The notes beneath the pieces are model-generated. The model was not told the DNA's origin. It saw only the letters and a list, made by a program, of their open reading frames with translations, and ran no database searches. DNA of 64,000 nt from Octopus vulgaris. Taxonomy: Eukaryota. The position numbers were made by a program, and so were the translations under genes. Within the stretch, counting starts at the first letter, position 1, and each line of letters starts with the position of its first letter. Below are positions 52,966 through 64,000 of the stretch, piece after piece. The stretch is taken from contig OX597823.1 of NCBI GenBank assembly GCA_951406725.2, forward strand, positions 68,448,001 through 68,512,000. The letters are read 5' to 3'.

Positions 52966-53191
52966 TATATATTTATTTTATATATAATCTAGTACCAATT
53001 GATTTCATGCTAACAAGTAAATCAGAAATTATCAATAAGATAGTTGCTGATTAACCTGCCAGCATAAAGCCCTCCTTATGGTTGACAGCATTCTTGTCAA
53101 GCATAATGATGGAATGTCAACTTTTGAGTTTCTAACTGACATCCATCCTTCCATCTAGCCATCCATCCACACACACACATACATACATACA

Positions 53192-53223
<32 letters not shown>

Positions 53224-53749
53224 CATACATAGCTGCTACAGTGTAAATAACCTACTACGTATTTTCTAGTTTATTAACTGAATATTGCCACCATGATTTA
53301 TTAAGCAATTAATTTATTTCATATTCACCTTGACTGAAAATTCACATGCAAAAAGTAAAAATTTTACAACAATGTCACAGAAGATTTTTTTTTCCAAGTC
53401 ATATTTTGTGTAAATATAAAAAAAAAATCAGAAGTGTTCTTTTTTTCTCATGCAAAACAATATCTTAAAATTCAAGTAAGAAATAAAATGAGAGAATAAT
53501 TTCCCATTACCAATTCTTTCCTGGTGGTCTTTCTTTTCATCTGAAAAAAAAAAAGAAGTTATAATAGAAAAAGTGTTTAAAATTTTTTAATGAATTTGTG
53601 GTTTTAATTTTAAAATACATAGTTTGTTTCATAGTTTTCTGTGACTCAAATTTCTTATTCTATCTCAAAATGATAACACACTTTTCTAAATAAACCTTAA
53701 ATGAAATAAATTTAAGATTCATAGTCCATTATGCTGTGAAAGCTTATAG

Positions 53750-54126
53750 ATGCAGGTGTAGCTGTTTGGTAAGTTGTGCTTCCAAGCTATGTGGTTTTGG
53801 GTTTAGTCCCACTGTGTGATACCGTGGGTATGTATTTACTATTGTGGTGGATTTGGTAGAAAAAATTGAAAGAAGTCTATCAAGTGTATGTGAGTGCATG
53901 TGTGTGCACATGTGTGTATATATATGTTCACATTTATATCTTTGTGTTTGTCTTTGAGTTTGTTTACATCTCTATAACTGTGGTTTGGCAAAAAGAAACC
54001 AATAGAATAAGTATAAAGCTTTAAGGAAAAATTAGCATTGGGGCAATTCATTTGACTAAAACCCTACAAGGCGGTGCCTCAGTAAGGTCATATTCCAGTG
54101 ACTGAAATAAGTAAAAGATAAAAGAA
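53750..54126 (+). mobile_element. Family A SINE
   Basis: gatgcaggtgtagctgtttggtaag...gggtttagtcccactg...tgactgaaataagtaaaagataaaagaa. Confidence 0.85.
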
Positions 54127-54608
54127 TGTTACAGTAGATAGTAAATAATGCAGATTAAACCTATCAAAGTCAAATATTTGATAACTTTCACACGGAAAGG
54201 AACTGCAAGTAAATGTAATTTAATGTGTTAATGTCAGAATTACATGGGACAAGCTGTTGGGACTTTGTTAGAAATAAAGAAGTTATGAAATCGATTGCTG
54301 ATCGCTTTTTAACTGATATAAATTCATTTTCTTAAGATCATATTCAAAGAGAACAATTTATGATGTAGATCATAGATCAGTCATGTATCATCTCCATTTG
54401 AAAATGGCCAGGTCTTGAAAGTCATTTTAAAATTACAGTACTATAAAAGAGTTTATCAATTTATAATTCACTAAGAATGCAGCTTTGTTGAGTAGAAAAC
54501 TGATAGATGAGAGAGAGAGATAACAATAAATACTGAGGTACTCAGAATAGTAATTGATGTGTAAGTATCGGTCTGAAGTATAAATTGACAAAGAAGACAG
54601 AGGAAGTA

Positions 54609-54640
<32 letters not shown>

Positions 54641-55079
54641 GTTTGTATGTATGTTTACATGTATATATATTATTCAGAAAGCTAATGTACATAGACATTA
54701 AGTATTTGTGTAGAATGGTGAGCAAGATAAATTCTAGAGCATTTCAAAGCAACAGCAATGAGAAAGTGAAGAAGATGAGGGAAAAGTGAAATATTTTTAT
54801 CAATAAAAGCAATTTTATTTCGTTTAATACAGTCAACTAGGATAATGTTTGAACAGAGTCTAGGGTTACAAAAAGTTTGTAAATTGCAGTGGGCTTTAGA
54901 CAGCATGTAAGTAATTTCTAAATGAAATTAATTTAAGCTCCTTCTTCTTTTCAACTTGTGGAAAAGTGTCCAAGAATCTCAAATGCATATGCTCTCATAC
55001 CACCCACTAACTTGCATTCAATTTGTTTGGAACATTACCCTGATGCTACAACCCAATACTGACTGGTGGTGAATGCTCT

Positions 55080-55800
55080 TCAATTGAAAATAGTGACCAA
55101 ATCAGGAGAAGTTGCCATTAAAGGAATACCAAGTAATGTTTAATCCAGTGTGCCATTTAACCATTTAATCAATGAGTGCAGAGAATCAAGATAAATATCA
55201 GCAGAGATATGGGTGTTAGCAATAGACATAGTTTCTTATTATTTCTTGCTATAACAGTGCTGTGGGAATCTACAAAATTGGTTGACCTGCTACACATAGC
55301 AGGTAAATCATATTTACATCATTGTACTCTGCTGTTTTGAACAATGGATAATATACCCCAGATATATGAAAGGATGAGATGGTCAAGGTTGGAATACCTT
55401 TGGAACTAATCAATAAGAAGCAACCGTCTGATGCAACTGTCATCATCACCATTATCATCCTCAAACTCACCCAACTTTAACTTTCCACACGTTGACATTT
55501 CCACCTCAACAGATATCAATACCTCCATAAACAACATGCACTGGTACTACATGGTTCTGCAAGGAATAGCTACCAAATCTTTTATCAATTACACCCTACT
55601 ATCTCAAATACAGGACACATGAGATAGTGTAGATTTAGAGACTGCTGAAAAGATGAATTGGATATGGCTGGAAAGCATTTGAATGCTATTGTGAGAAGTA
55701 AATATAAGAATTGATAAAGCCTAGGCACATAGGGAAATGTAGGTGGATTTATGTATGATGATGTTGAAAGTAAGGTTGCATTCCAGAATATTATCATTTA
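55080..55800 (-). mobile_element. Possible decayed Penelope-like element
   Basis: Minus-strand ILECNLTFN, HIQFIFS, NMIYLLC and GLN-like words; a segment near 55430-55560 may be inverted. Confidence 0.35.
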
Positions 55801-56094
55801 GTGTTTAGTTACTATTTTGTTTTACTAGCTATGACAACTTGGTGCATGACATCATGTGATACAAAACTGCTCTGCATAGATAAAAGAGAGGAAAGCCTTC
55901 TTGAAAGCTTTTCATTTTATTAGGTCAGATATTGGAATAAAGCATTTTAAACAGCAAAAATCAGTGCTGCCCTTTCAGAATCAAAATATTTGAAGTTAAT
56001 GTTACAGTTAAGGCAATATTGAGGAGTAGGAGCTCAGTTTGGTTGTCATGGTTCCTGTAATGAATTCTACTTATAGAGCTGCTGATTATATATT

Positions 56095-56310
56095 ATTTCT
56101 GGATTGGCAGGATTGTTAGAGCATTGGACAAAATGCCTTGCAGTATTTCTTCAGGTTCTTAACATTCTGGCTTCAAACCTTGTTGAGGTCAGCTTATTCT
56201 TTCATCCCTTCAGGATTAATAAAATAAAGTTTGAGTCAAGGACTGGGTTCAAAGTAATTGACTAACCTGCTCCCCTCCCAAATGCTTCCCTCCAATTTAA
56301 ATAAGAAACA
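56095..56310 (+). mobile_element. Family B SINE
   Basis: ttggcaggattgttagagcattggacaaaatgcc...ttcaaac..gaggtca..ctttcatcccttcagg..aataaaataaag. Confidence 0.75.
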
Positions 56311-56401
56311 ATAAGTCGTTAAGCAATATTAATTCATGTCCTTAAATAAATTTATGCCTTTGCACAAAATATAAAATACTCATGCAATATTATAATGTAA
56401 T

Positions 56402-56798
56402 TCTTTTTTTTCTTTTACTTGTTTCAGTCATTTGACAGCAACCATGTTGGAGTACTACCTTTAGTTGAACACATTGACGCCAGGACTTGTTCATTGTAAG
56501 CCTGGTACTTATTCTATCAACAAAAGATTGCTGAACTGCTAAGTTATGGGGACGTAAACACGCCAGCATTGGTTGTCAAGCAATGGTGGGGAGACAAAAA
56601 TGCACACACACACACAAATATATATACATATATATATGATGAGCTTCTATGAGTTTCCACCAACCAAATCTATACACACAACTTTGGTCTGCCCAAGGCT
56701 ATAATAGAAGACATTCACCCAAGATGTCAAGCAGTGGGACTGAACCTGGAACCATGTGGTAGTGAAACAAGCTTATTACCACACAGCCATGCCTGCGC
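56402..56798 (-). mobile_element. Family A SINE
   Basis: ttttacttgtttcagtcatttgac...gcagtgggactgaacctggaaccatgtggtt...accacacagccatgcctgcgc. Confidence 0.88.
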
Positions 56799-56991
56799 TT
56801 ATATAATGTAAATGCTTGGTTAGCAATCTTTGAATATATTTAATTATTTACATTTAATTTTTTCAAATGTTTTATGTTGTATAAGTACATTCCATAAGGA
56901 TATACTTTCTGATTTTTGTGGACAGTTTTGTAGTCTGCAAGATGAGAAGTGGTCATTACCTCCCTGTTCAACACTCCTCTATCTTTTTGAT

Positions 56992-57274
56992 CAGTATTTC
57001 CCAAACTTTTTCAGGCTGCCACCCTGTTGATTCTAAGGTCACATTCCTAGTACCCCCCTCCCACGCACCATCACAGACACAGACCATTTTCTGCAGCAAA
57101 TACAAGACAACAATATTTCACAAATAAAACTCTTTACTTTGCTTGTTATTTTTTACATTTATTACCCTGTTTTGGTCACCCTATTATCACCCCATCTTTC
57201 TTCAACAAACCCCTGGATCTTTCCACCACCCCAGTGGTGGTGGGGGACAGTACCACTCACTTTGGGAACGACTG
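56992..57274. mobile_element. hAT-type MITE
   Basis: TIRs cagtatttcccaaa...tttgggaacgactg; 8-bp TSD tttttgat (56984-56991) / ttttggat (57275-57282). Confidence 0.8.
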
Positions 57275-57354
57275 TTTTGGATAAATGATTCACAGTGAGT
57301 GATCCCCTATGACACTTACATTGCATAGAAGCATAGCTAATAAAAGAAAAGATA

Positions 57355-57492
57355 ATACTTGTACTTGGCTAGTATTTCATCAGAAGGATGAAAAGCAAAG
57401 TTGACCTTGGCAGAATCTGAACTCAAAATACAGAGTTAGAAAAATCACAAACAATTTGCTCAGTGTTCTAATGATTTTACCAATCCACTACA
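57355..57492 (-). mobile_element. Family B SINE, partial
   Basis: gaaggatgaaaagcaaagttgaccttggcagaatctgaactcaaaa. Confidence 0.65.
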
Positions 57493-58064
57493 TTTCTTCT
57501 ATTAGATTATAAACTTGATCATTATTTTAGAAAAATGGCTTGTCAAGCAAAGTTTCCCCATTTCTATTCTGTGATAATATTGAAGTATTTTGTTTGAAAA
57601 GTTTACATGCACAAAAATAAATGGAGAATATTAGCAATACAAATTGGTCCAACCTGGACTTGCATGTTAAAGAAGATTAACATAACGTTTTCTTACATAA
57701 TGTTTTCTTGAACTATATAAATATCAAATGAGTTGAATTATGAAATCATTAATGTGTGTTGTAGTATTGAAAAGAGGAACTGGAGTAAATTAGATTTCAG
57801 TAGAGTTAAATACCACTGCTTAATTTTAATAGCAAACCAGTGTACATTATTTCACAAATTGCTTGAATATCAAAAATACTATTTCAGACTGTAGCAATCA
57901 GTAATAGTGTTCTAAATTAGATTTTCAGATGTTTTACACTTATGATTGATTGCTTGTTATCTGCCTGTTTGTCTGTCATCCTATCTTATCTGGACATGTG
58001 CATGTGAATGTGTGTGTGTATGTGTGTGTGTGTGTGTATGTGTGTGTGTATGTATGTATATTTT

Positions 58065-58635
58065 CAGGAACTATATTGTCCAGTGTATCCTTCCTCTTTA
58101 GACTAGTTGATGTGTAATTTGAAGGCTATTTGGCTAGTATTTCTAGCATTCAAACCCAGATTAGATTGGATCATGCAGACCTAACCTGAGAGCATGATTA
58201 AAAAAAAAATTCCAGCCTTAATTGTCACATTTTTCATATATACCCAATGTATCCTTCCTTTATAATTAGTGGTATGCATTCTTATATCCTAGGGACTACA
58301 TCCTCAAATGTACTCCTCATCATTCAAGACAGCAGTTGTGGAATTTGAGGGAAATTTGGCTGCTCTGTCTTGTAGTAGTTTTAAGATGGGTGGTGTATGA
58401 TTTGTGAAAGTTTTGGGTGCTATACCTAGCAGCTCAGATAATCCCTGAAATGTTCTATTGTTATTTCACCTCATTAGGCCTCACATAGGCTTATAATAAA
58501 AAGGCATTCAAACCATCACTATCCTGTCTTTTTGTATAACAGGACAATGTTATCCAATGTATTCTTGTTTTTGATAGGCTGTAGAATTTATTTGAGTGAT
58601 ATTTAGTTTCTATTTCAAGCAGTTTGAGCAACCAC
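58065..58635 (-). repeat. Cluster of 3-4 partial family C repeats
   Basis: Recurring atttga(a/g)gg..atttggct..tatttctagc-like motif at ~58115, ~58343, ~58400 and ~58590. Confidence 0.5.
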
Positions 58636-59564
58636 TCAGTCGGCACACACTAGACCAAGCATGAGCAACCTTTACTGAGAAGGAATCTATATGGAATAAG
58701 GCTCATCATCAAGTAGACTGCATTACTAAACAAATATTTTGTAATTTTTTGTCCCATGAGCTGCAGTTTCCCCAATTGCAACAGACATTCATTTATAGAG
58801 AGAGAGAAAGAGAGAGAAGGGAGTGGTGGTGGCAGAGAGAAGATAAATACTTCATATAGAGGGAGAGAGACTGAGATGTTCAAGTTATCCTAAATTTTCA
58901 GTTCATAGTGAAACATGGTTACACATTGCATGAAAACTAGTCACCTGTTGCTACAGTGGCAGTATGTGTGTGTGGATATGCACACACAAAATTATTTAGT
59001 ATGGGAACTAAACAATATTTGAAATGTTAATGTTTGATATAGGCTTGTGCTAATAAATTATTTTATTAACCTTTAGATGGATAAAAATCAACCATAGTAT
59101 GATTTTAATTTTAAATTTAAAGAGAAAAATCTCAATAATATAATACACTTAGCCTCACTCTAAACTGTTTCAAGTCTACTTTTCAGGATTATTTCTTATG
59201 TACATCATCAAAAACATTCTCAAAGTGAATAATTTAATAAACAGGTTTTTTTAATTCTATAACAGACTTATTTACCAATGTCTGTAAGTGGTGTGATAAA
59301 ATAAATTGTCCTCAGTATACTTTATACATTTTATCTAAGGCTTTCATTGGTCAGTATTGACCATGTATCTGTACCCATAGCAAAGGTTTTGTGGATGACT
59401 AGTAGTTAGTTTTCCATGCAAATTCTTTTTCTCCATGCCACCATTTTCCAAGGGAAAGGCAATATCAATAAAGCTTGGCACCAGTGTTGTTGCAAGCATT
59501 AGCATTAGAAGGCAGAGCTGTATTGCAAAGCCTTTTGTTTGAGACTCTAGTGTTTCTTCTCTGA

Positions 59565-59712
59565 AATGGTACTATTGTTTTTTTAATTTACTCTGAAAGT
59601 ATGAAAGGCAAAGCTGACCCCAGCAAGATTTGAACTCACAAAACAGAGAATCAGAAAAAATATCACCAAGCATTCTACATGATACTCTGATAACAGTAAT
59701 TTCACTACCTTA
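59565..59712 (-). mobile_element. Family B SINE, partial
   Basis: tggtact...tgaaagtatgaaaggcaaagctgaccccagcaagatttgaactca. Confidence 0.7.
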
Positions 59713-62066
59713 TGTTCTTGGTTACTTCTTGCATATCTAACAATCAAGTTTAAAAAGGTCTATCACTTTTTTGTAGAGTTCTCTAAATTAAAAGTTTTGA
59801 ACAGCAAAATAAACTATCAAAAGCAATCTTGGATTTTTTTCTCTTTGATAAGATTATTTCATAACTGTTATGTAAAGATAAGCAAATTGTGTTGTATTTC
59901 TTGTCTAACAACACAAAATATTGCTTCAGAAAATTGATAAGCTAGTATGAGACAAATTTTAAGCAAGTTAATTCTTAAGCTACAAGGCTTTTGGTTTCTA
60001 AAAATATTTGAATAATATAAAAGTTAGTACTTCACAGCTTCACATACTGTGGTTGTGTTAGAGAAATATATGTTTACTATCAAAACTGTGTATTAACTGC
60101 CTGCTCTTTCATGCTCAAAGTGTCATCACATACATATATGTAGTTGGATATTGTAAGAAATGGATCATTCTCAAAAGAATATGGTATTAGGATTTAAAAA
60201 AAAAACAAACAAACTTTAAGCTCTTATGAAAGCAATGAAACACATGTACATACAGCCAATATTAAACCAGGTTTAAGAAATATATATCTTCCTCAATCTT
60301 GCAAATAGCTCTTAAATTTCTTTCACTTTTTACCCTTTCAAGTCATTGAGACGTATTTGAGATGAATCTTTTGAAACTCTTAGATTTCTGATAAGTATCC
60401 TATTTTGCTTCAACTTAAAATGGTGGTTTATTTGAAAGCATTCTGTTTAGTAGGTTACAGAAGAATTAAATTGGAAAAGCATAAGGAAAAAAACATCCAA
60501 AATTCAGCAGATCAGAGGAAGAAATATAAAAAAAAAAATTATTGCAGGAAGGAACAGATGTATGGTGATGTTGTTAAGGACTGTATATGAGTAAATGACA
60601 AAAAATATATACATAAAAAAAAACTAGAAATATTATAAGCTTCAAAACCACAATACAACAGAGAGAATGAGTGAATGAAAATATACTGTAATGAAAGGAG
60701 AGGAAATGAATGAGGAAGACATGGAAAAACAGTGTAACAACATGAAAAAGTAGAAATATGAATAATACCAGAACAGAAAGAAATCCTTTTATATGGAGGG
60801 AGAAGCAGACAAAAAAAAAAAGAAACAAAAGAAACACACACACACAAATGTATGTGTATGAAAAGCAGAAAGAGAGAGAAAAGGTTGAAATAATGTGTTC
60901 AAAAGAAAGAGGGACAGTTAGATGAGGACATAGAGATGAATCTGTACAGAAAAAACGAAAACAAATACAAATTGTCTGAGAGAAATGCAAAAAGTCACAC
61001 AAAGAAAATTCCTTTTCCTAAAACAGTTGTTAAGGAGCCAGAATAGATGAGCAACAAAATATGCATAACTGTTAATGTAGCGCATGGGGAAAAACAATCA
61101 ATACTAAATGTTTTCTGCTATTGAAAGCATCATTTTATGGCATGCCTAAAACACAGTATTTTAAACACTATAAAATTTCTTTACAAACGATTGCTCAGCA
61201 GCAAAATATAGAAAATCAAATATAAACTTTGTATAGTTTGTATTTGCTGCTTGAGCTATGAAAATTGCCACATCACAATATATATCATAATGAATAAGGA
61301 TAAAAATTAAGAAGGACATCCAACAGTTTTCATATACCATTTCCAAATATTAAAACTAAAATATCCACAGATACTTAGTAAAGGACAGCTACAGAATAAA
61401 AAGAAAAAGAAGTAAAAAGGAAGACAAGAAAAAAATGTAGCTGTATTTTGTTACTATTATAACGTTGCAAAATAACTGGTTCATGTATATTCTGATAATG
61501 ATAAGAAACTGAATAAAAAGACATTTAGAGCTATCCTAAGTTATAAGATGATTCTGGAAAAAATGTTAGCAGCTATCATATTGTAGAAGAAAATAAAAAC
61601 TCTTTATTCACTCCTTTTATACTCCAAATATTCATTATGATAGATATGTTATTATGAACAAAAACCCTTTGAAAGAAAACTTAATACAATAACACCAAAA
61701 TATGAAATCACTTAACATAGATTGAAACATTTGGCTGGAACAGTTCATGAAAAGTTAATTGAATCTTGCTAAAATAACAATTTATTTTGATATTTACATA
61801 CTGGCATTGGTGAGCTAGAAAATTTTAAAATGGAAATTTCTGTATTCATTCTTGAAGAAATCTGATAAACTAACTCATTTTATTTAGCAAAATTTTTGTG
61901 CTTGATATCTCCCATCTGAAGCAACCACCAGTTCCTTCATATTTCATTGTAACACTTTAAAAACTACAGTTTTTCAGCAAATAATTAGTAAGAATCAGTA
62001 CATAAGTTTAAAAGTAATTTGTAAACTGCCTGGAATAGAATTCTGTACCACAGTTCCTTTATTAAA

Positions 62067-62548
62067 CAGGCTTGCGAAGACCTGTTGGGGCAAGTGAAAT
62101 CGGAAACGAAATTGAACCAATCCTATGACTGGCACCCGGCAGATGCCAGGACCCCTGGACTGGAGATACGTAAAAAGCACTATTCGAATCATGGCCGATG
62201 CCAGCGCCGCCTCGACTGGCTTCCGTGTCGGTGGCACGTAAAAAGCACCATCCGAATCGTGGCCGAAGCCAGTGCCGCCTCGACTGGCTTCCGTGCAGGT
62301 GGCACGTAAAATGCACCAATCCGACCGTGGCCGATGCCAGCCTCGCCTGGCACCAGTGCAGGTGGCACGTAAAAAGCACCCACTACACTCACGGAGTGGT
62401 TGGCGTTAGGAAGGGCATCCAACTGTAGAAACATTGCCAGATAAGACCGGAGCCTGGTGCAGCCTTCTGGCTTCCCAGATCCCCGGTTGAACCGTCCAAC
62501 CCATGCTAGCATGGAGAACGGACGTTAAACGATGATGATGATGATGAT
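62067..62548 (+). mobile_element. Young RTE-associated 3'-end element with a 68-bp tandem unit array
   Basis: CpG-rich; units start at 62191, 62259 and 62327 (plus a degenerate one upstream); ends ggacgttaaac(gat)n. Confidence 0.9.
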
Positions 62549-64000
62549 ATCTGAAGTAATCAAGAAAATATATGCAGAATAAAGAAGCCAGATAATTTCT
62601 TTTAGTGAATCTTACAGAAATTCTAAATTCTAAAACTAATTTATGTGTATGATTTTATAGTTTCATATTAATACATTGATTTAAGAATAATATATAAACG
62701 AAGGCTAACAAATATAATTTACACTTTTTTATATTTTTTTCTTGAATATGAACAAAGATGATACTCACAAAATATACTATAATTTTTTCTAAAGACTTTA
62801 TTCAATATTTAAATAGATCACATTTACAATATTTTGCTGAGGTCAACAAAAGTGTCATCTAACCAACTATTTATTTGAAAATTTCTTAAAAAATTTTTCT
62901 TATATATTTTAAAATGGCAATCATCTTAAGTGTAGATGAAAATGACTAATTCGATGAGATATTAAACTCGTAGTTTGCAGTTATGTATCTAAATCTGCTT
63001 TTTCTTTGTGCATCCACTTTTCAGCTAAGTTTTATTAAGTCAAGGCAGAACTTATTTCCTTGCACTTGACTTTAAACAGGAACTTCATATTGAACTGATT
63101 CACTTCTGTACATAATGGCTGCTAAAAAAGGTGATGTGTGATTTGTTAGCTGACCTCAATTAATTCTGTGTTCAATATTTTTCTTTGGTTAAATTTATCT
63201 TACTGTTAAGTGAACAAACATAAACACCAATTTAAAGAGATGCATTGATCAGCTGTGATTACTCAAAATGAAGTATGCTTCTGGTTGAATTATTAGAGAT
63301 TTGTTTTCAAAGCATTAATCAGTACAGCTCTTCATATAAAACTTAACATAGATATTTTGAAACAATATGTACCAGAAATAAATACTAGAAGTAAAAATTA
63401 TTTATGAAAACTAAGTATTTATATTACCAGAGTTATGTCAAATACTTTATGCTTTGTAAAACTAACTTCTACTGCACTAAATTTAGTTACTTTGAACTGT
63501 GTATTTGAACTATTCTATGTTGTCTTTCAGGAAAATGAACTATACTTCAACATACAGAGCTGTAGTAAAATGATATGGTTAATGTATAGTAGCTAAGAAT
63601 AGGAAAAAAAAGAAGACATGAATATAAGAGGATTATTTTGAACAAAGTTTGCATTTATTTAGACACTAAGAGTCTAAAACTAAAGAAAGGAAGCAAAATG
63701 AAATATGAATATTTCATCTATCCATAACTCAAGCAAAGTTATGCTGAGGCCAAAATACCTCCCTAAAAGCCAAAGAAGACTTGTCTGTAGATATCACAGC
63801 TGTGTTCTTTAAAGTCAGTATTACAGTTTTCCTACATACATATAGGAATAATGAAAGACAGGGCTGAGTAAATACTAGCAAAATAAGAAATAGCAACAGT
63901 ATTGTGTGGCATGCATGCAGCAATAAAATAGATAGGTATGTCAACTAAAGAATTTGTATGGAATAACAATGGAGATCAGGAAATAGGAAATAAAAGATGA

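Larger units (their letters stand above)
50713..53139. mobile_element. Foldback/MITE-like element: ~150-bp inverted arms (50713-50865 and 52986-53139) expanded by nested insertions
   Basis: The reverse complement of the left arm aligns with the right arm (aatctagtacc..tttcatgc.aacaa...ttatcaa.aagata.tt.ctgatt.ac...atggttgaca..attcttgtcaagcataat). Confidence 0.75.

Noticed and set aside
60540-61010. Hydrophobic ORFs of 102 and 142 aa
   Set aside because: They arise from A/G-rich low-complexity sequence read antisense, with no splice or domain support.
62191-62380. CRISPR-like or satellite array
   Set aside because: Units repeat in full with no unique spacers, the context is eukaryotic with no cas genes, and the array is part of a dispersed retroelement end.
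63759-63831. 73-nt minus-strand exon candidate
   Set aside because: Weak donor and no recognisable peptide; it could only be UTR and cannot be supported without transcripts.

Overview
AT-rich eukaryotic genomic DNA, most likely from an octopus (coleoid cephalopod); I infer this from SINE/LINE sequences I recognise from memory and did not verify it by search. No prokaryotic features are present. The only well-supported host coding sequence is a 119-bp minus-strand exon (25645-25763) that the ORF track misses. It encodes an L27 domain of an MPP7/metro-like p55 MAGUK, so much of the window is probably intron of that gene. The most striking structure is a ~18-kb head-to-tail array (~3900-21735) of about ten decayed R4/Dong-type (RT plus restriction-like endonuclease) non-LTR retrotransposon copies. 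All lie on the + strand, antisense to the host gene, and most are separated by (TAA)n/(TGA)n tails. The array also contains a nested, internally deleted Gypsy LTR element that itself holds a young SINE. The rest of the window contains RTE and Penelope remnants, a Tc1/mariner (maT-like) relic inside a foldback element, two hAT MITEs with 8-bp TSDs, several tRNA-SINE families, RTE 3'-end copies with a tandem hairpin+pseudoknot motif, local duplications and microsatellites. All TE ORFs are disrupted. Boundaries of decayed repeats are approximate.
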